Positions 22,327-34,310 of a stretch of DNA of 64,000 nt are shown here, piece by piece. A model generated the notes under the pieces. It saw only the letters and a program-made list of their open reading frames with translations. It was not told the origin of the DNA and did no database searches. Positions within the stretch are counted from its first letter, which is position 1. Every line of letters starts with the position of its first letter. The DNA is taken from positions 596,107 through 660,106 of the forward strand of contig CAWDLS010000001.1 of the NCBI GenBank assembly GCA_963803275.1, read 5' to 3'. Source of the DNA: an uncultured Gammaproteobacteria bacterium (lineage in GTDB: Bacteria > Pseudomonadota > Gammaproteobacteria > UBA9214). The translations under genes and the position numbers were made by a program.

Positions 22327-23250
22327 GTGATGGACAAGATCAGCATCATCGGCGCCGGCCGCGTGGGGGAATCAACAGCACAAGTACTGGCACAACGTGG
22401 CATGTGTCACGAAGTGGTCATGCTCGATGTGCGAGAGGGTGCCGCTGCCGGAGCCGCGCTGGATATACGCCAGTCAGCCGCCTTTCACGGCTTCGACTGC
22501 ATGGTCTCAGGCGGCACAGATCCCGCCCTGCTGGCCGACTCGGATCTGGTTATCGTGACCGCCGGCTCGCCACGCAAGCCAGGCATGTCGCGCAGCGATG
22601 TGCTGGATGTAAACCGCAAGGTCATTGATGCCGTCATTGACCAGGTAATGGAGCATGCACCGGACTGCCTGCTGCTGCTGGTTACCAACCCGGTCGATGT
22701 GCTGACCTGGCATGCCTGGAAGCGTACCGGCTGGGACAGGCGGCGCGTGTTCGGACAGGCCGGCGTACTGGACGCCGCGCGTATGGCCAGCTTCATGGCC
22801 GAGGAAACCGGTATCTCGGTCAGAGACGTCCATACCATGGTCATTGGCGGACATGGTGATTCCATGGTGCCGCTCACCCGGTTCAGCACGATCGCCGGCG
22901 TACCGGCCAGTACCTTACTCGACCAGAACGCCATACAAAAAATTAACGCGAAAACCCGCAACGGCGGTGCAGAGGTGCTGGAACTGCGCCAGACCAGCAG
23001 TGCCTACCATGCACCGGCTGCGGCAATCGCCACCATGGTGGACGCCATAAGCAGTAACCGCAACCGCCTGCTGCCCTGTGTGTGCGTGCTGGATGGCGAG
23101 TACGGAAAGCGCGACATCACGGCCGGTGTTCCTGCCATCCTCGGACGGGGCGGCATAATGAAGATTATCGAACTGCCACTCGATGAGACCGAGCACGCCG
23201 GGTTCCAGGCGTCGGTCGACTGCATACTCGAGGATATAACCCTGCTGTAA
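22327..23250 (+). CDS. mdh: malate dehydrogenase (LDH-like NAD-dependent family)
   Basis: MDKISIIGAGRVGESTA...: Rossmann GxGxxG and the LDH/MDH family catalytic region. 307 aa. Confidence 0.85.
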   Translation: MMDKISIIGAGRVGESTAQVLAQRGMCHEVVMLDVREGAAAGAALDIRQSAAFHGFDCMVSGGTDPALLADSDLVIVTAGSPRKPGMSRSDVLDVNRKVIDAVIDQVMEHAPDCLLLLVTNPVDVLTWHAWKRTGWDRRRVFGQAGVLDAARMASFMAEETGISVRDVHTMVIGGHGDSMVPLTRFSTIAGVPASTLLDQNAIQKINAKTRNGGAEVLELRQTSSAYHAPAAAIATMVDAISSNRNRLLPCVCVLDGEYGKRDITAGVPAILGRGGIMKIIELPLDETEHAGFQASVDCILEDITLL

Positions 23251-23316
23251 TCGGGGCGATTCCGCCTGATCCGTCTATTACACCGGTATCCGGGATGCTG
23301 GCAGGCCACAGGCGGA

Positions 23317-23593
23317 CTAGAACCTATCCCACAATTCCCCGCGGCCGCGACCGTGGCGATTTTGGTTCCTGGCAAGGCGCGGTGAGCGTGGTGTAGCCGT
23401 TGCTACATGAGCGAGCCGCAACAAGGCCAGGGGCTAAAATCGCCCGGTCCCCAAGGGGTTGCGTCCGAAATGCGCGCCTACGGCGTTGCCCTGCTTGCCC
23501 GTACGTCACAAGTACTGTACTGCGCGACGCGCCTTGCAGGCACGCAGTTCGGGCTGCAACGCGGTTCGCGCGGAATTATGAGATAGGTTCTAG
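23317..23593. mobile_element. MITE copy 2 (same family, same orientation, ~90% identical)
   Basis: Aligns end to end with 21878-22151, including the TIRs. Its terminal CTAG supplies the TAG stop of mrcA. Confidence 0.7.
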
Positions 23594-26025
23594 AACAACT
23601 GGTCCGTGACGCTTTCCCCGGCCCCCGTGGCACCCGCCGCAACCGAGTCACTGGTCTTGGTCGGCACGGTCTCGACCATGAATGTCTCGAATATGGCATC
23701 ACGCTGACCGCTGCTGGCGAGCAGCCCAGTGGCAGGATCGATGCGCACCGTCACCAGGCCTTCCGGCGGCTCCTGTTTGCGTTCCTCGACGCCCTTCAGT
23801 GCGTACGCCATGTAGTCGATCCACATCGGCAATGCCGAATGCCCGCCTGTCTCGTTACGCCCCAGTGGCTCAAGCCGGTCAAAACCGACCCAGGCCGTTG
23901 CAACCAGCGCGTGGTTGAATCCGGAGAACCAGCCATCCATCTGGTCGTTCGTCGTGCCGGTCTTGCCGGCCAGGTCTGACCGGCCAAGCGAGCGCGCCCG
24001 TACGCCGGTACCACGCTGAATGACATCCCGCATCATCGAGGTCATCAGCCAGACATTGCGTGGCGACAATACCTCCCTTGCAGGCAGGATAGTTTCCTCT
24101 GCACCCGTTTGATCTGCACCAACACTCGACGGTTCCGTCTCCTGTCCAGCCTCCTGAGTATCCTGCTTGCCGGGCTCGCACTGCGGGCACGCCACTTCCG
24201 GCCTGGCCTTGAAAATCACCGTACCATTGGCGTCATGGATCTCCTTGATGATATAGGGCTGAATCAGGTAGCCACCATTGGCCAGCACAGCGTAGGCGCG
24301 CGCCATCTGCAGGGGCGTGACCGTGGCACTCCCGAGTGCCAGCGTCAGGTCCTTGGGCAGCTGATCCGCGGTGAACCCGAAACGCTCTGCGTATTCAGCC
24401 GCGTAGTCTGCGCCTATGGAACGCAGGATACGGATTGAGACCAGATTCCTGGAACGGTACAGGGCCTCGCGCAGGCGCGTCGGCCCGTAAAACTGGCCAC
24501 TGTAATTTTCGGGACGCCAGGTGGACTCCAGGCCTGGATCATCGAACACCACCGGGGCGTCATTGATGATACTGGCAGGCGTGAAGCCCTTTTCCAGAGC
24601 CGCCGAATAGATGATCGGTTTGAAGCTGGAGCCGGGTTGGCGCTTCGCCTGGGTCACACGATTAAACTTGCTGCTATTGAAGTCGAAACCTCCTACCAGC
24701 GACAGTATCGCGCCGTCATCGGGTCGCAGCGATACCAGGGCACCTTCAACAGCCGGCAGTTGGGCAAGCTCCAGGCCACCTTTTTCCAGTTCGCGCAGGC
24801 GCACGATATCGCCGACCGTCACGATTTCGCCAGCTCGCTTCGGCGCCGGGCCCATGCTGTTGCTGTTACGGTAAGGCCGTGCCCATGACAGCGCATCCCA
24901 GTCAAGTTGCAGGCTCTCCCCGCTTCCCAGCAACAGGGTGACTGACTGCCCGCCGACAGCGGTGACCAGCGCCGCCTGCAGGCCGCCAAGCGGTGGATAG
25001 TCCGACAGCAGACCAGGCCAGTCATCACGCACGGCGTTATCGAGTTCAACATGCGCCTCTGGCCCGCGGTAACCATGACGTGTGCTGTAATCGATCAGTG
25101 CGTTGCGCAGCGCCCTGTTGGCGGCTTCCTGGTGTCCGGCATCAATGGTGGTGATCACCTCGAAACCTGAGGTGTAGGCAGCGGCATCGAATCGGTTCAC
25201 CATTTCGCTGCGTACCATTTCAGCAACATAGGGGGCGCTGGCCTCGGCATTCACCGTATGTAAAGACGCATCATCCGGTTCGGCGATGGCTGCGTCATGC
25301 ATGGCCTCATTGATATAGCCGAGCTGCAACATGCGGCCAAGTATGTAGTTACGCCGGTCGAGCGCCGCCTGTGGATTGCTGATCGGATTGACGCGCGAAG
25401 GGGCCTTCGGCAGGGCGGCTATCATGGCCATTTTTGCCAGACTGAGTTCATTGATCCCCTCGCCGTAATAGACGCGGGCAGCCGCCTCCACGCCATAAGC
25501 ACGATGTCCCAGGTAGATCTTGTTGAAATATAGCTCGAGTATTTCGTCTTTGTTCAGTGAACCCTCGATCCGGAACGCCAGCAGGATCTCCGTCAGCTTG
25601 CGCAGGTAGGTCTTTTCACTGGACAGGAAAAAATTGCGTGCCACCTGCATGGTGATGGTGCTACCACCCTGCCGTTTTTTGCCGGTACGCACCAGTTCCA
25701 CGGCGGCACGAACCAGCCCGGGCAGGTCAACACCGGAATGCTCGTAGAAATGATCGTCCTCGGCCGCAAGGAAGGCCTTCACAAGCAGCGGCGGTGCGTC
25801 GTCGATACTTATCGGGGTACGCCGCTTGTCGCCAAATTCCGCCAGCAGGCGGTGATCGTGCGTGTAGACACGCAGCGGCTCCTGCAGTCGGACATCTTTC
25901 AAGGCATCGATGGATGGCAGCTGCGGCTCGACCCGGATGTACATGACTGCTGCGACAATTGCCGTCAAAAAAATGCCTGTCAGCAAGAGCGAAAGCAGGT
26001 ACAGACCTGCGCGACGAAAGTTCAT
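23590..26025 (-). CDS. mrcA: penicillin-binding protein 1A (bifunctional transglycosylase/transpeptidase)
   Basis: 811 aa with N-terminal TM segment, GT51 motifs (EDDHFYEH, GGSTITMQ) and transpeptidase domain. Diverges from pilM as in Pseudomonas ponA. Confidence 0.9.
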   Translation of the reverse strand: MNFRRAGLYLLSLLLTGIFLTAIVAAVMYIRVEPQLPSIDALKDVRLQEPLRVYTHDHRLLAEFGDKRRTPISIDDAPPLLVKAFLAAEDDHFYEHSGVDLPGLVRAAVELVRTGKKRQGGSTITMQVARNFFLSSEKTYLRKLTEILLAFRIEGSLNKDEILELYFNKIYLGHRAYGVEAAARVYYGEGINELSLAKMAMIAALPKAPSRVNPISNPQAALDRRNYILGRMLQLGYINEAMHDAAIAEPDDASLHTVNAEASAPYVAEMVRSEMVNRFDAAAYTSGFEVITTIDAGHQEAANRALRNALIDYSTRHGYRGPEAHVELDNAVRDDWPGLLSDYPPLGGLQAALVTAVGGQSVTLLLGSGESLQLDWDALSWARPYRNSNSMGPAPKRAGEIVTVGDIVRLRELEKGGLELAQLPAVEGALVSLRPDDGAILSLVGGFDFNSSKFNRVTQAKRQPGSSFKPIIYSAALEKGFTPASIINDAPVVFDDPGLESTWRPENYSGQFYGPTRLREALYRSRNLVSIRILRSIGADYAAEYAERFGFTADQLPKDLTLALGSATVTPLQMARAYAVLANGGYLIQPYIIKEIHDANGTVIFKARPEVACPQCEPGKQDTQEAGQETEPSSVGADQTGAEETILPAREVLSPRNVWLMTSMMRDVIQRGTGVRARSLGRSDLAGKTGTTNDQMDGWFSGFNHALVATAWVGFDRLEPLGRNETGGHSALPMWIDYMAYALKGVEERKQEPPEGLVTVRIDPATGLLASSGQRDAIFETFMVETVPTKTSDSVAAGATGAGESVTDQLF

Positions 26026-26193
26026 TATAAGTGGTGGAAACCTGTGAACGGGTTCAAAGAACGCTCCAGCATCAAGTCCTAGATTGCAAATTATGTGGTG
26101 CGCCGCGTATTTTTCCTAAACAAAACCGACGAACGTCCGATAAGCAGTCTGGCAACACAGCTCTATCGAGTGAATCGTTTAATTACACATTAG

Positions 26194-26222
26194 TTGACAA
26201 TCAGTTGGCAATGTCCTCTAAT
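26194..26222 (+). promoter_or_regulatory. candidate sigma-70 promoter for pilMNOPQ
   Basis: TTGACA-17 nt-TCTAAT about 50 nt upstream of the pilM GTG, in the ponA-pilM divergent region. Confidence 0.35.
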
Positions 26223-26257
26223 GCGGCGAACTACCTCTGCTGTACAACAGCGGGTAA

Positions 26258-27343
<1,086 letters not shown>

Positions 27344-27344
27344 T

Positions 27345-27926
27345 ATGGCACATATCAACCTGCTACCCTGGCGTGAAGAACGCAACAAGCAGAAGCAGCG
27401 CGAGTTTGCCTTTATTGCAGGTGGCAGTATTGTCATCGCGGGCCTTATCGTGCTGCTTTCACACATACATTTCGACGGCAAGATCGTCACCCAGAACCAG
27501 CGCAACGCCTTTCTGAAAAACGAAATCAGCGTGCTGGACAAGCGTATCGGCCGCATCAAGGAACTCGAATCCCTCAAGGATGACCTGCTGGCGCGCATGA
27601 ATGTTATCCAGGAGCTGCAGAGCAGCCGTCCGGAAAGCGTGCACCTGATGGATGAACTGGTCAGGACCATTCCTGAAGGGGTCTATCTGAACTCATTCGC
27701 TCAAAAAACCCGCAGCATCGAGATGGCCGGCGTGGCGCAGTCGAACGCGCGCGTATCGGACTATATGCGTAATATCGATGCATCGAAATGGCTCACCGAT
27801 CCGCGCCTCGGCCTGATCAGAACCACCGAATCAAATCGACGCCGCATCGCGAATTTCACGCTGCGTGGCAGCCAGAAAGTCCGCAACAACACCGAGCAGG
27901 ACAACGGTGAAGGTGGAGCGGGGTAA
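27345..27926 (+). CDS. pilN: type IV pilus assembly protein PilN
   Basis: MAHINLLPWREERNKQKQREF with single TM. Start 1 nt after the pilM stop. Confidence 0.85.
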   Translation: MAHINLLPWREERNKQKQREFAFIAGGSIVIAGLIVLLSHIHFDGKIVTQNQRNAFLKNEISVLDKRIGRIKELESLKDDLLARMNVIQELQSSRPESVHLMDELVRTIPEGVYLNSFAQKTRSIEMAGVAQSNARVSDYMRNIDASKWLTDPRLGLIRTTESNRRRIANFTLRGSQKVRNNTEQDNGEGGAG

Positions 27927-27930
27927 CCAT

Positions 27931-28527
27931 ATGGATCTCAATGAACTTGATTTAACGAATGTCGCGCGCTGGCCTGCCACCGCGCAGGCAGTGGTCATCC
28001 TGCTGCTGATGGCCTGCGTAATCTTCCTGGGTTACTGGTTTCACACCAAGGACCAGTTGGTTGTGCTGGCCGATGCCGAACAACAGGAGCAGAACCTGAA
28101 GGTGACTTTCGAGAAAAAGGCAAAGCAGGCCGTCAACCTGGAAGCCTACGAAAAGCAGCTTGAGGAAATGCGTGAGTCTTTTGGTGCGATGCTGCGCCAG
28201 CTGCCGAACGAGACCGAGGTCGCCGACCTGCTGGTCGATGTCTCCCAGACCGGCCTTGCAAGTGGCCTCGAATTCGAGCTGTTTCAGCCCCAGGCGGAAA
28301 TTCCCCGGGAATTCTATGCAGAATTACCGATCAATATCCGTGTCATCGGTGACTATCACGAGTTTGGCGAATTCGTGAGCGGTGTTGCAGCCTTGCCACG
28401 CATCGTGACACTGCACAATATCAAAATCAGCCGGGTTGGCAACGGCACCAAGCTCGCGATGAACCTGACCGCCAAGACCTACCGTTATCTGGAAGATAAC
28501 GAGAGAGGTGGGGAGGCTGCCAAATGA
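27931..28527 (+). CDS. pilO: type IV pilus assembly protein PilO
   Basis: MDLNELDLTNVARWP with TM and coiled-coil. Position in the operon fits. Confidence 0.85.
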   Translation: MDLNELDLTNVARWPATAQAVVILLLMACVIFLGYWFHTKDQLVVLADAEQQEQNLKVTFEKKAKQAVNLEAYEKQLEEMRESFGAMLRQLPNETEVADLLVDVSQTGLASGLEFELFQPQAEIPREFYAELPINIRVIGDYHEFGEFVSGVAALPRIVTLHNIKISRVGNGTKLAMNLTAKTYRYLEDNERGGEAAK

Positions 28528-29069
28528 TGCCCGCCATCAACGCCAGGATCTGCCACATCCTCATGGTAACCGCAGCCGCAGCCGGGCTCGCCGGCTGTTC
28601 TGGTGACCCGACTTCGGACCTCATCGACTATGCAGACAAGGTGAAAAACCAGCAGGTATCACGAATCGAGCCACTGCCTGAATTCAGGCCGTATGAATCG
28701 TTTACCTACTCCGCAGCCGATCTGCGCGACCCGTTCACTGTACCGACATTCTCAAACCAGCAGGCGCTGGCCCTGCCGACCTCAAGCAACGGAATCATGC
28801 CGGACTTCGATCGTCCGCGTGAACCGCTTGAGGAATTCCCGCTGGACAGCCTGCGCATGGTCGGAACGCTGGAGCAGAATAACGCCAACTGGGCACTGAT
28901 CAATGATACGGATGGCACAATTCACCGGGTACAGGCGGGCAATTACGCCGGCCAGAATTTTGGAAAAATAACGCGCGTAACAGAATTCGAAGTCGAACTT
29001 ACTGAAATTGTTCCTGACGGTATCGGGGGCTGGATGGAGCGCCAGGCCACGATTGCAATAAGTGAATAA
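28524..29069 (+). CDS. pilP: type IV pilus assembly lipoprotein PilP
   Basis: Lipobox LAGCSG. Overlaps the pilO stop by 4 nt. Confidence 0.8.
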   Translation: MMPAINARICHILMVTAAAAGLAGCSGDPTSDLIDYADKVKNQQVSRIEPLPEFRPYESFTYSAADLRDPFTVPTFSNQQALALPTSSNGIMPDFDRPREPLEEFPLDSLRMVGTLEQNNANWALINDTDGTIHRVQAGNYAGQNFGKITRVTEFEVELTEIVPDGIGGWMERQATIAISE

Positions 29070-29078
29070 TCCCACAGG

Positions 29079-31223
29079 GTGACCGCAATGATCGGAAATA
29101 TTTCACGCCGTTTGCTTGCAAGCGAAAACTCATCGGTACGGGTCAATGGACACCGGGGCCGGACGCTATGGCACTGCCTGTTTATTGCCGCTTACCTGCT
29201 GTTTGGCGGCGGCATCGCTGCACATGCAGCAGGCAATACGCTGCAGAGCGTTGACTTCGCCAGCTTGCCAGGCAACAAGGCCCAGATCACCCTGACCATG
29301 AGCCAGCCTGCCACGACACCACTGAGCTTCACCATCGACAATCCGGCCCGTATCGCGCTGGATTTTCCTGACACGGCCAATGACCTGGCAAGCCGTTCCC
29401 AGAATATCGGTATTGGTATGGCGGACAGCATGACGGTCGTGGAGGCCAAGGGTCGCACCCGGGTCGTTGTCAACCTGGTTGACATGGTACCGTACGAGGC
29501 CCACGCAGATGGCAACAAGGTCGTACTGACCATACAGAATGCCGGCCGCGAACTCTCAGAGGCGGAGTCTGTTGCGACACAGGCGACCGGCGGCAGCAAC
29601 AACATGATCAGCAACATCGATTTTCGCCGGGGGACCGGTGGCGAGGGTCGTGTGATCATAAGCCTCTCGGACCCTTCCATCCCGGTTGACATGCGTCAGG
29701 AGAGCGGCCTCGTCGTGGTGGACTTCTACCGCGCCCAGCTGCCGCGTGAACTGGAACGACGCCTGGACGTGCTGGACTTCGCCACACCGGTAAAGACCAT
29801 CGATACCTATACCAAGGGCGAGAATGTCCACATGGTGATTACCCCGATGGGCGACTACGACTATATCGCCTACCAGGCTGACGACCAGTTCACCATCGAG
29901 ATCCGCCAGCTGACCAAGAAGGAAGTCGAGGAGAAGAAGAAAGACGAATTCGGCTACTCCGGCGAGCGTCTCTCCCTCAACTTCCAGGACATCGAGGTCC
30001 GCTCGGTACTGCAGCTGATCGCCGATTTCACCGGCATCAACGTGGTCGTAAGCGACACGGTCAAGGGCAGTCTGACCCTGCGCCTCAAAAACGTGCCCTG
30101 GGACCAGGCGCTGGACATCATCCTGAAGACGAAAGGCCTCGCCATGCGCCAGACCGGCAACGTGATGCTGGTTGCGCCGAGCGAGGAGATCGCCGCCCGT
30201 GAGAAGCTCGAGCTTGAGTCAAAGAAGCAGATCCAGGAGCTCGAGCCACTGTATTCCGAATACATCCAGGTTAACTATGCCAAGGCGTCGGATATCATCA
30301 CATTGCTGAAGAGCGGCGATACCACCCTGATGTCCGACCGCGGGATGGCCACGGTGGACGAGCGCACCAACACCCTGCTGGTACAGGATACAGCCGCGAA
30401 ACTGGCCGAGATCCGCAAACTGATCGCCCAGCTGGACATCCCGGTTCGCCAGGTGTTGATCGAATCCCGCATTGTACTGGCCAACAATGACTTCACACGC
30501 GAGCTGGGTGTGCAGTTCGGTCTCGCCAAGCGGACCAACTTCAGCAACGGACACACGCTGACCATTGGCGGTACCCAGGAGAACGGCTTTACTGTAACCG
30601 GCCCACAGACGGGCTTCGACCCGGGTGACAATACAGAGGGACTGCTTGTCGACCTGCCGGTCTCCACACCCGGCAGCTCGATCGGTCTGGCCTTCGGCAA
30701 GCTGGGCAGCCATCTGCTGCAGCTGGAACTGAGCGCACTCGAATCGGAAGGCAAGGGTGAAGTGATCTCCAGTCCGCGCGTGCTGACCTCGAACCAGAAG
30801 GCCGCCTTCATCGAAACCGGTACCGAAATCCCGTACCAGGAGGCCACGTCCAGTGGCGCCACCTCGACTGCCTTCAAGAAGGCCGTGTTGCGCCTGGAGG
30901 CCACACCGCAGATCACGCCGGATGACCGCATCATCATGGACCTGCTCATCAACAAGGATGCAGTCGGTGAAATCACGGTCAACAACGTGCCGACCATCGA
31001 CACCAACGAGATCTCCACCCAGATACTGGTCGATAATGGCGAAACCCTGGTGCTGGGCGGCATCTACGAGGAGACCAACACCCGGTCCATCACACGGACA
31101 CCATTCTTCGGTGAGCTCCCCGTGGTCGACTGGCTGTTCAAGCGCACGGTCAAGCAGCACGACAAGCAGGAACTGCTGATCTTCGTGACACCCAAGATCG
31201 TCAAGGAAGATTTCCGTCTCTGA
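29079..31223 (+). CDS. pilQ: type IV pilus secretin PilQ
   Basis: 714 aa with AMIN domains, N0/N1 and a secretin C-domain (LVLGGIYEE...PFFGELPVVDWLFK). Confidence 0.9.
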   Translation: MTAMIGNISRRLLASENSSVRVNGHRGRTLWHCLFIAAYLLFGGGIAAHAAGNTLQSVDFASLPGNKAQITLTMSQPATTPLSFTIDNPARIALDFPDTANDLASRSQNIGIGMADSMTVVEAKGRTRVVVNLVDMVPYEAHADGNKVVLTIQNAGRELSEAESVATQATGGSNNMISNIDFRRGTGGEGRVIISLSDPSIPVDMRQESGLVVVDFYRAQLPRELERRLDVLDFATPVKTIDTYTKGENVHMVITPMGDYDYIAYQADDQFTIEIRQLTKKEVEEKKKDEFGYSGERLSLNFQDIEVRSVLQLIADFTGINVVVSDTVKGSLTLRLKNVPWDQALDIILKTKGLAMRQTGNVMLVAPSEEIAAREKLELESKKQIQELEPLYSEYIQVNYAKASDIITLLKSGDTTLMSDRGMATVDERTNTLLVQDTAAKLAEIRKLIAQLDIPVRQVLIESRIVLANNDFTRELGVQFGLAKRTNFSNGHTLTIGGTQENGFTVTGPQTGFDPGDNTEGLLVDLPVSTPGSSIGLAFGKLGSHLLQLELSALESEGKGEVISSPRVLTSNQKAAFIETGTEIPYQEATSSGATSTAFKKAVLRLEATPQITPDDRIIMDLLINKDAVGEITVNNVPTIDTNEISTQILVDNGETLVLGGIYEETNTRSITRTPFFGELPVVDWLFKRTVKQHDKQELLIFVTPKIVKEDFRL

Positions 31224-31231
31224 TCACGACC

Positions 31232-31252
31232 GGCTGGCAGCGCTTGCCAGCC
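31232..31252 (+). terminator. perfect 8-bp hairpin between pilQ and aroK (attenuator/terminator candidate)
   Basis: GGCTGGCA-gcgct-TGCCAGCC directly after the pilQ stop. No U tract. Confidence 0.3.
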
Positions 31253-31280
31253 AGCCAATATTCTGGCATACCTGCCCGGC

Positions 31281-31793
31281 ATGAAAATGCCGGGCAATTT
31301 ATTTCTTACGGGCCCCATGGGGGCCGGCAAATCCACCATCGGGCGTCAGCTGTCCAGGCAACTCAAGAAACCCTTCCACGACAGCGACTATGAAATAGAA
31401 ACACGTACCGGTGTCGACATCCCGCTGATATTCGAGCTCGAGGGAGAAGCCGGCTTCCGCAAGCGTGAAAACGCCGTCATCGACGAACTGACCCGACTCG
31501 ACGACATCATCCTTGCCACGGGTGGGGGGGCGATACTGGACCCGCAGAACAGGGACCACCTCACCAGCCGCGGCACGGTAATCTACCTGCATACCTCGGT
31601 CAGTCAGCAGCTCAAACGCACCGGCCGGGACCGTAACCGGCCATTGCTGCAAACCGGTGATCCACGCGGGAAACTCGAGGAACTGATGGCTGTCCGCGAA
31701 CCCCTGTACCGCGCAACCGCCGATATCGTCATCAACACCGACGGCATGCGTGTCATGGACGTGGTCAAACAGATCATCAGGCAACTGGACTGA
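31281..31793 (+). CDS. aroK: shikimate kinase
   Basis: [19 protein letters not shown]-loop. Confidence 0.9.
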   Translation: MKMPGNLFLTGPMGAGKSTIGRQLSRQLKKPFHDSDYEIETRTGVDIPLIFELEGEAGFRKRENAVIDELTRLDDIILATGGGAILDPQNRDHLTSRGTVIYLHTSVSQQLKRTGRDRNRPLLQTGDPRGKLEELMAVREPLYRATADIVINTDGMRVMDVVKQIIRQLD

Positions 31794-31864
31794 CCGGCTG
31801 TTCTTTGCGCGCGGCCCGCTTTATTCGCTATTCTGTATACGGTTACCTGAAAAACTACAGAGAC

Positions 31865-32941
31865 ATGCACACACTCACCGTCCAGCTCGGAGCACGCAGC
31901 TACCCCATCCACATCGGGCAGGGGCTGCTCGGCAACACATCACTGGTGTCACCGCATATCCGCGGCCGACAGGTACTGGTGGTGAGCAACGAGACCATTG
32001 CCCCGTTATACCTGGAGCCGGTGCTCGGCATGCTCGCTGATTATGAAGTTACCACGATCGTGCTGCCGGACGGCGAGCAATACAAGAACCTGGAGACGCT
32101 GAATATCATTTACACGGAGCTGCTCGAACACCGGCTTAACCGCGGTTGCACGCTGGTTGCGCTCGGTGGCGGCGTGGTCGGTGACATTACGGGTTTCGCA
32201 GCCGCCAGTTACCAGCGCGGCGTTGCCTTCCTGCAGCTCCCCACGACCCTGCTGGCACAGGTGGATTCATCGGTCGGTGGCAAGACCGGCGTTAATCACT
32301 CACTGGGCAAGAATATGATCGGCGCCTTTCACCAGCCACGCTGCGTGCTCATCGATACCGATACACTGGATACACTGGATGCCCGCCAGTTTGCCGCTGG
32401 ACTCGCGGAGGTCATCAAGTACGGGTTGATACACGATGCGGACTTCTTCGCCTGGCTGGAACAGAACATCGATGCACTGAAGGCACGCAACAAGCAGACA
32501 CTTGCCCATGCCATTCAGATTTCCTGTTCCATCAAGGCGGAGATCGTTGCCGCTGATGAACGTGAAAGCGGCAGTCGCGCGCTGCTGAATCTCGGCCACA
32601 CCTTCGGCCATGCCATCGAGACCGGCACGGGCTACGGCAACTGGCTGCATGGAGAGGCCGTGGCAGCCGGCATGGTCATGGCGGCGGACCTTTCCGCACG
32701 ACACGGCTGGTTGTCGCAGACTGATGTCGAGCGTACCGCCGCATTGCTGCGTAAGGCCGGCCTGCCGGTCGTGCCGCCGGCAGAGATGGGCGAGCAGCAA
32801 TTCCTCGATCTGATGGCCGTTGACAAGAAGGCCGTCGACAGCGGACTGCGTCTGGTACTGTTAAAGGCAATCGGCGCGGCCGTGGTAACTGCCGACTACC
32901 GGCCGGAACTGCTCAGCGCAACACTCAATGCAGCGGCCTGA
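31865..32941 (+). CDS. aroB: 3-dehydroquinate synthase
   Basis: [18 protein letters not shown]...: DHQS motifs (GGGVVGD, HAIE). Confidence 0.9.
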   Translation: MHTLTVQLGARSYPIHIGQGLLGNTSLVSPHIRGRQVLVVSNETIAPLYLEPVLGMLADYEVTTIVLPDGEQYKNLETLNIIYTELLEHRLNRGCTLVALGGGVVGDITGFAAASYQRGVAFLQLPTTLLAQVDSSVGGKTGVNHSLGKNMIGAFHQPRCVLIDTDTLDTLDARQFAAGLAEVIKYGLIHDADFFAWLEQNIDALKARNKQTLAHAIQISCSIKAEIVAADERESGSRALLNLGHTFGHAIETGTGYGNWLHGEAVAAGMVMAADLSARHGWLSQTDVERTAALLRKAGLPVVPPAEMGEQQFLDLMAVDKKAVDSGLRLVLLKAIGAAVVTADYRPELLSATLNAAA

Positions 32942-32944
32942 ACC

Positions 32945-34111
32945 ATGAACAGGGCAACCGGCAGGGATCCGCAATTGGCACGTTATGCGGCCACAGCCGA
33001 TCGTTCCAGGGGGCGCCGGTATCCGGAACCAGCCCCCGTCTATCGCAGCGAATACCAGCGCGACCGTGACCGAATCATCCATTCAGCCGCCTTCCGTCGA
33101 CTTGAATACAAGACCCAGGTGTTCGTTAATCACGAGGGCGACCTGTTCCGGACCCGGCTGACGCACTCGATCGAGGTTGCCCAGGTCGCCCGCTCCATCG
33201 CACGCGCATTGCAGCTCAACGAGGACCTGACGGAGGGCATCGCGCTTGCACACGATCTCGGCCACACACCGTTCGGCCACGCCGGCCAGGATGCCCTGAA
33301 TGCCTGTATGCAGGACTATGGCGGCTTCGAACACAACCTGCAGTCACTGCGCGTGGTAGACGAACTGGAGGAACGCTACGCGGAGTTTCCAGGGCTCAAC
33401 CTGACCTTTGAAACACGCGAGGGCATACTCAAGCACTGTTCCCGGAAGAACGCCGAATCGCTGGGCGAGCTTGGCGAACGCTTTCTCGGGCGGCTGCAGC
33501 CGTCGCTTGAGGCGCAGCTGACCAATCTCGCGGACGAGATCGCCTATAACAGTCACGATGTGGACGACGGCCTGCGTTCCGGACTGATCGACGTCGAGGG
33601 TCTCACCGGGGTTGCCCTGTTTCGCGAGCAATACGACATCGTGCGCAAACACTACCCGCAGCTTGCCCCGCGCCGTACTATTCACGAAGTGGTACGGCGC
33701 CTCATCGGCTACCAGGTAATCGATCTGGTGGAAACCAGCGCTGCACGGCTTGCCGATACCGCACCGGCGGATATTGAGTCCGTGCGCAACCACACCGAGC
33801 CGCTGATCAGTTTCAGTGAGTCGATGCGCGAAAAGAACCTTGAGCTGAAGCGCTTCCTGCGCACCCGCCTCTACCGGCACTACCGCGTGCACCGCATGAC
33901 ATCCAAGGCCGCGCAGACTATCACCGCCCTGTTCAACGCCTTCATCGAGGACCCGCGCCTGCTGCCCGACGAGGCCTACCAGCATGTACAGGGGCTGCAA
34001 GCCTCGGCGGGAGACAACGGTCGGGCGCGCGCCGTGGCCGATTACATCGCCGGCATGACCGACCGTTATGCGATTGCCGAATACGACCGCACCTTCAACC
34101 CGGCGATATAG
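32945..34111 (+). CDS. dgt: dGTPase-like deoxyguanosinetriphosphate triphosphohydrolase (HD domain)
   Basis: HD motif [16 protein letters not shown]...[10 protein letters not shown]. 388 aa. Confidence 0.85.
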   Translation: MNRATGRDPQLARYAATADRSRGRRYPEPAPVYRSEYQRDRDRIIHSAAFRRLEYKTQVFVNHEGDLFRTRLTHSIEVAQVARSIARALQLNEDLTEGIALAHDLGHTPFGHAGQDALNACMQDYGGFEHNLQSLRVVDELEERYAEFPGLNLTFETREGILKHCSRKNAESLGELGERFLGRLQPSLEAQLTNLADEIAYNSHDVDDGLRSGLIDVEGLTGVALFREQYDIVRKHYPQLAPRRTIHEVVRRLIGYQVIDLVETSAARLADTAPADIESVRNHTEPLISFSESMREKNLELKRFLRTRLYRHYRVHRMTSKAAQTITALFNAFIEDPRLLPDEAYQHVQGLQASAGDNGRARAVADYIAGMTDRYAIAEYDRTFNPAI

Positions 34112-34119
34112 GACTTATA

Positions 34120-34295
34120 AAAACAATATCTCGCGCAAAGACGCCAAGTACGCAGAGATCGCGGCAATATCGACATCTATAAGCACCTTCAGTCATAACA
34201 GCCTTACCATGACTTTCTTGTTCACCCATAATTTTGCCGATATTTTCTCTGCGCCTCTGCGCCTCTGCGCCTCTGCACGAGATATCGATTTCGTA
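34120..34295. repeat. imperfect inverted-repeat element of the GCGCA(A/G)AG octamer family
   Basis: Left arm AATATCTCGCGCAAAGACGCCAAGTACGCAGAGATCGCGGCAATATCG. Right arm CGATATTTTCTCTGCGCCTCTGCGCCTCTGCGCCTCTGCACGAGATATCG (reverse complement similar). About 60 nt between arms. Sits between dgt and the WGR gene. Confidence 0.55.
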
Positions 34296-34310
34296 TTTGA
34301 GCACTAACTC

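Noticed and set aside
34068-34307. 79-aa ORF spanning the dgt-WGR repeat element
   Set aside because: It starts inside dgt, runs through the palindrome arms, is low complexity and has no RBS. It is an artefact of the repeat.
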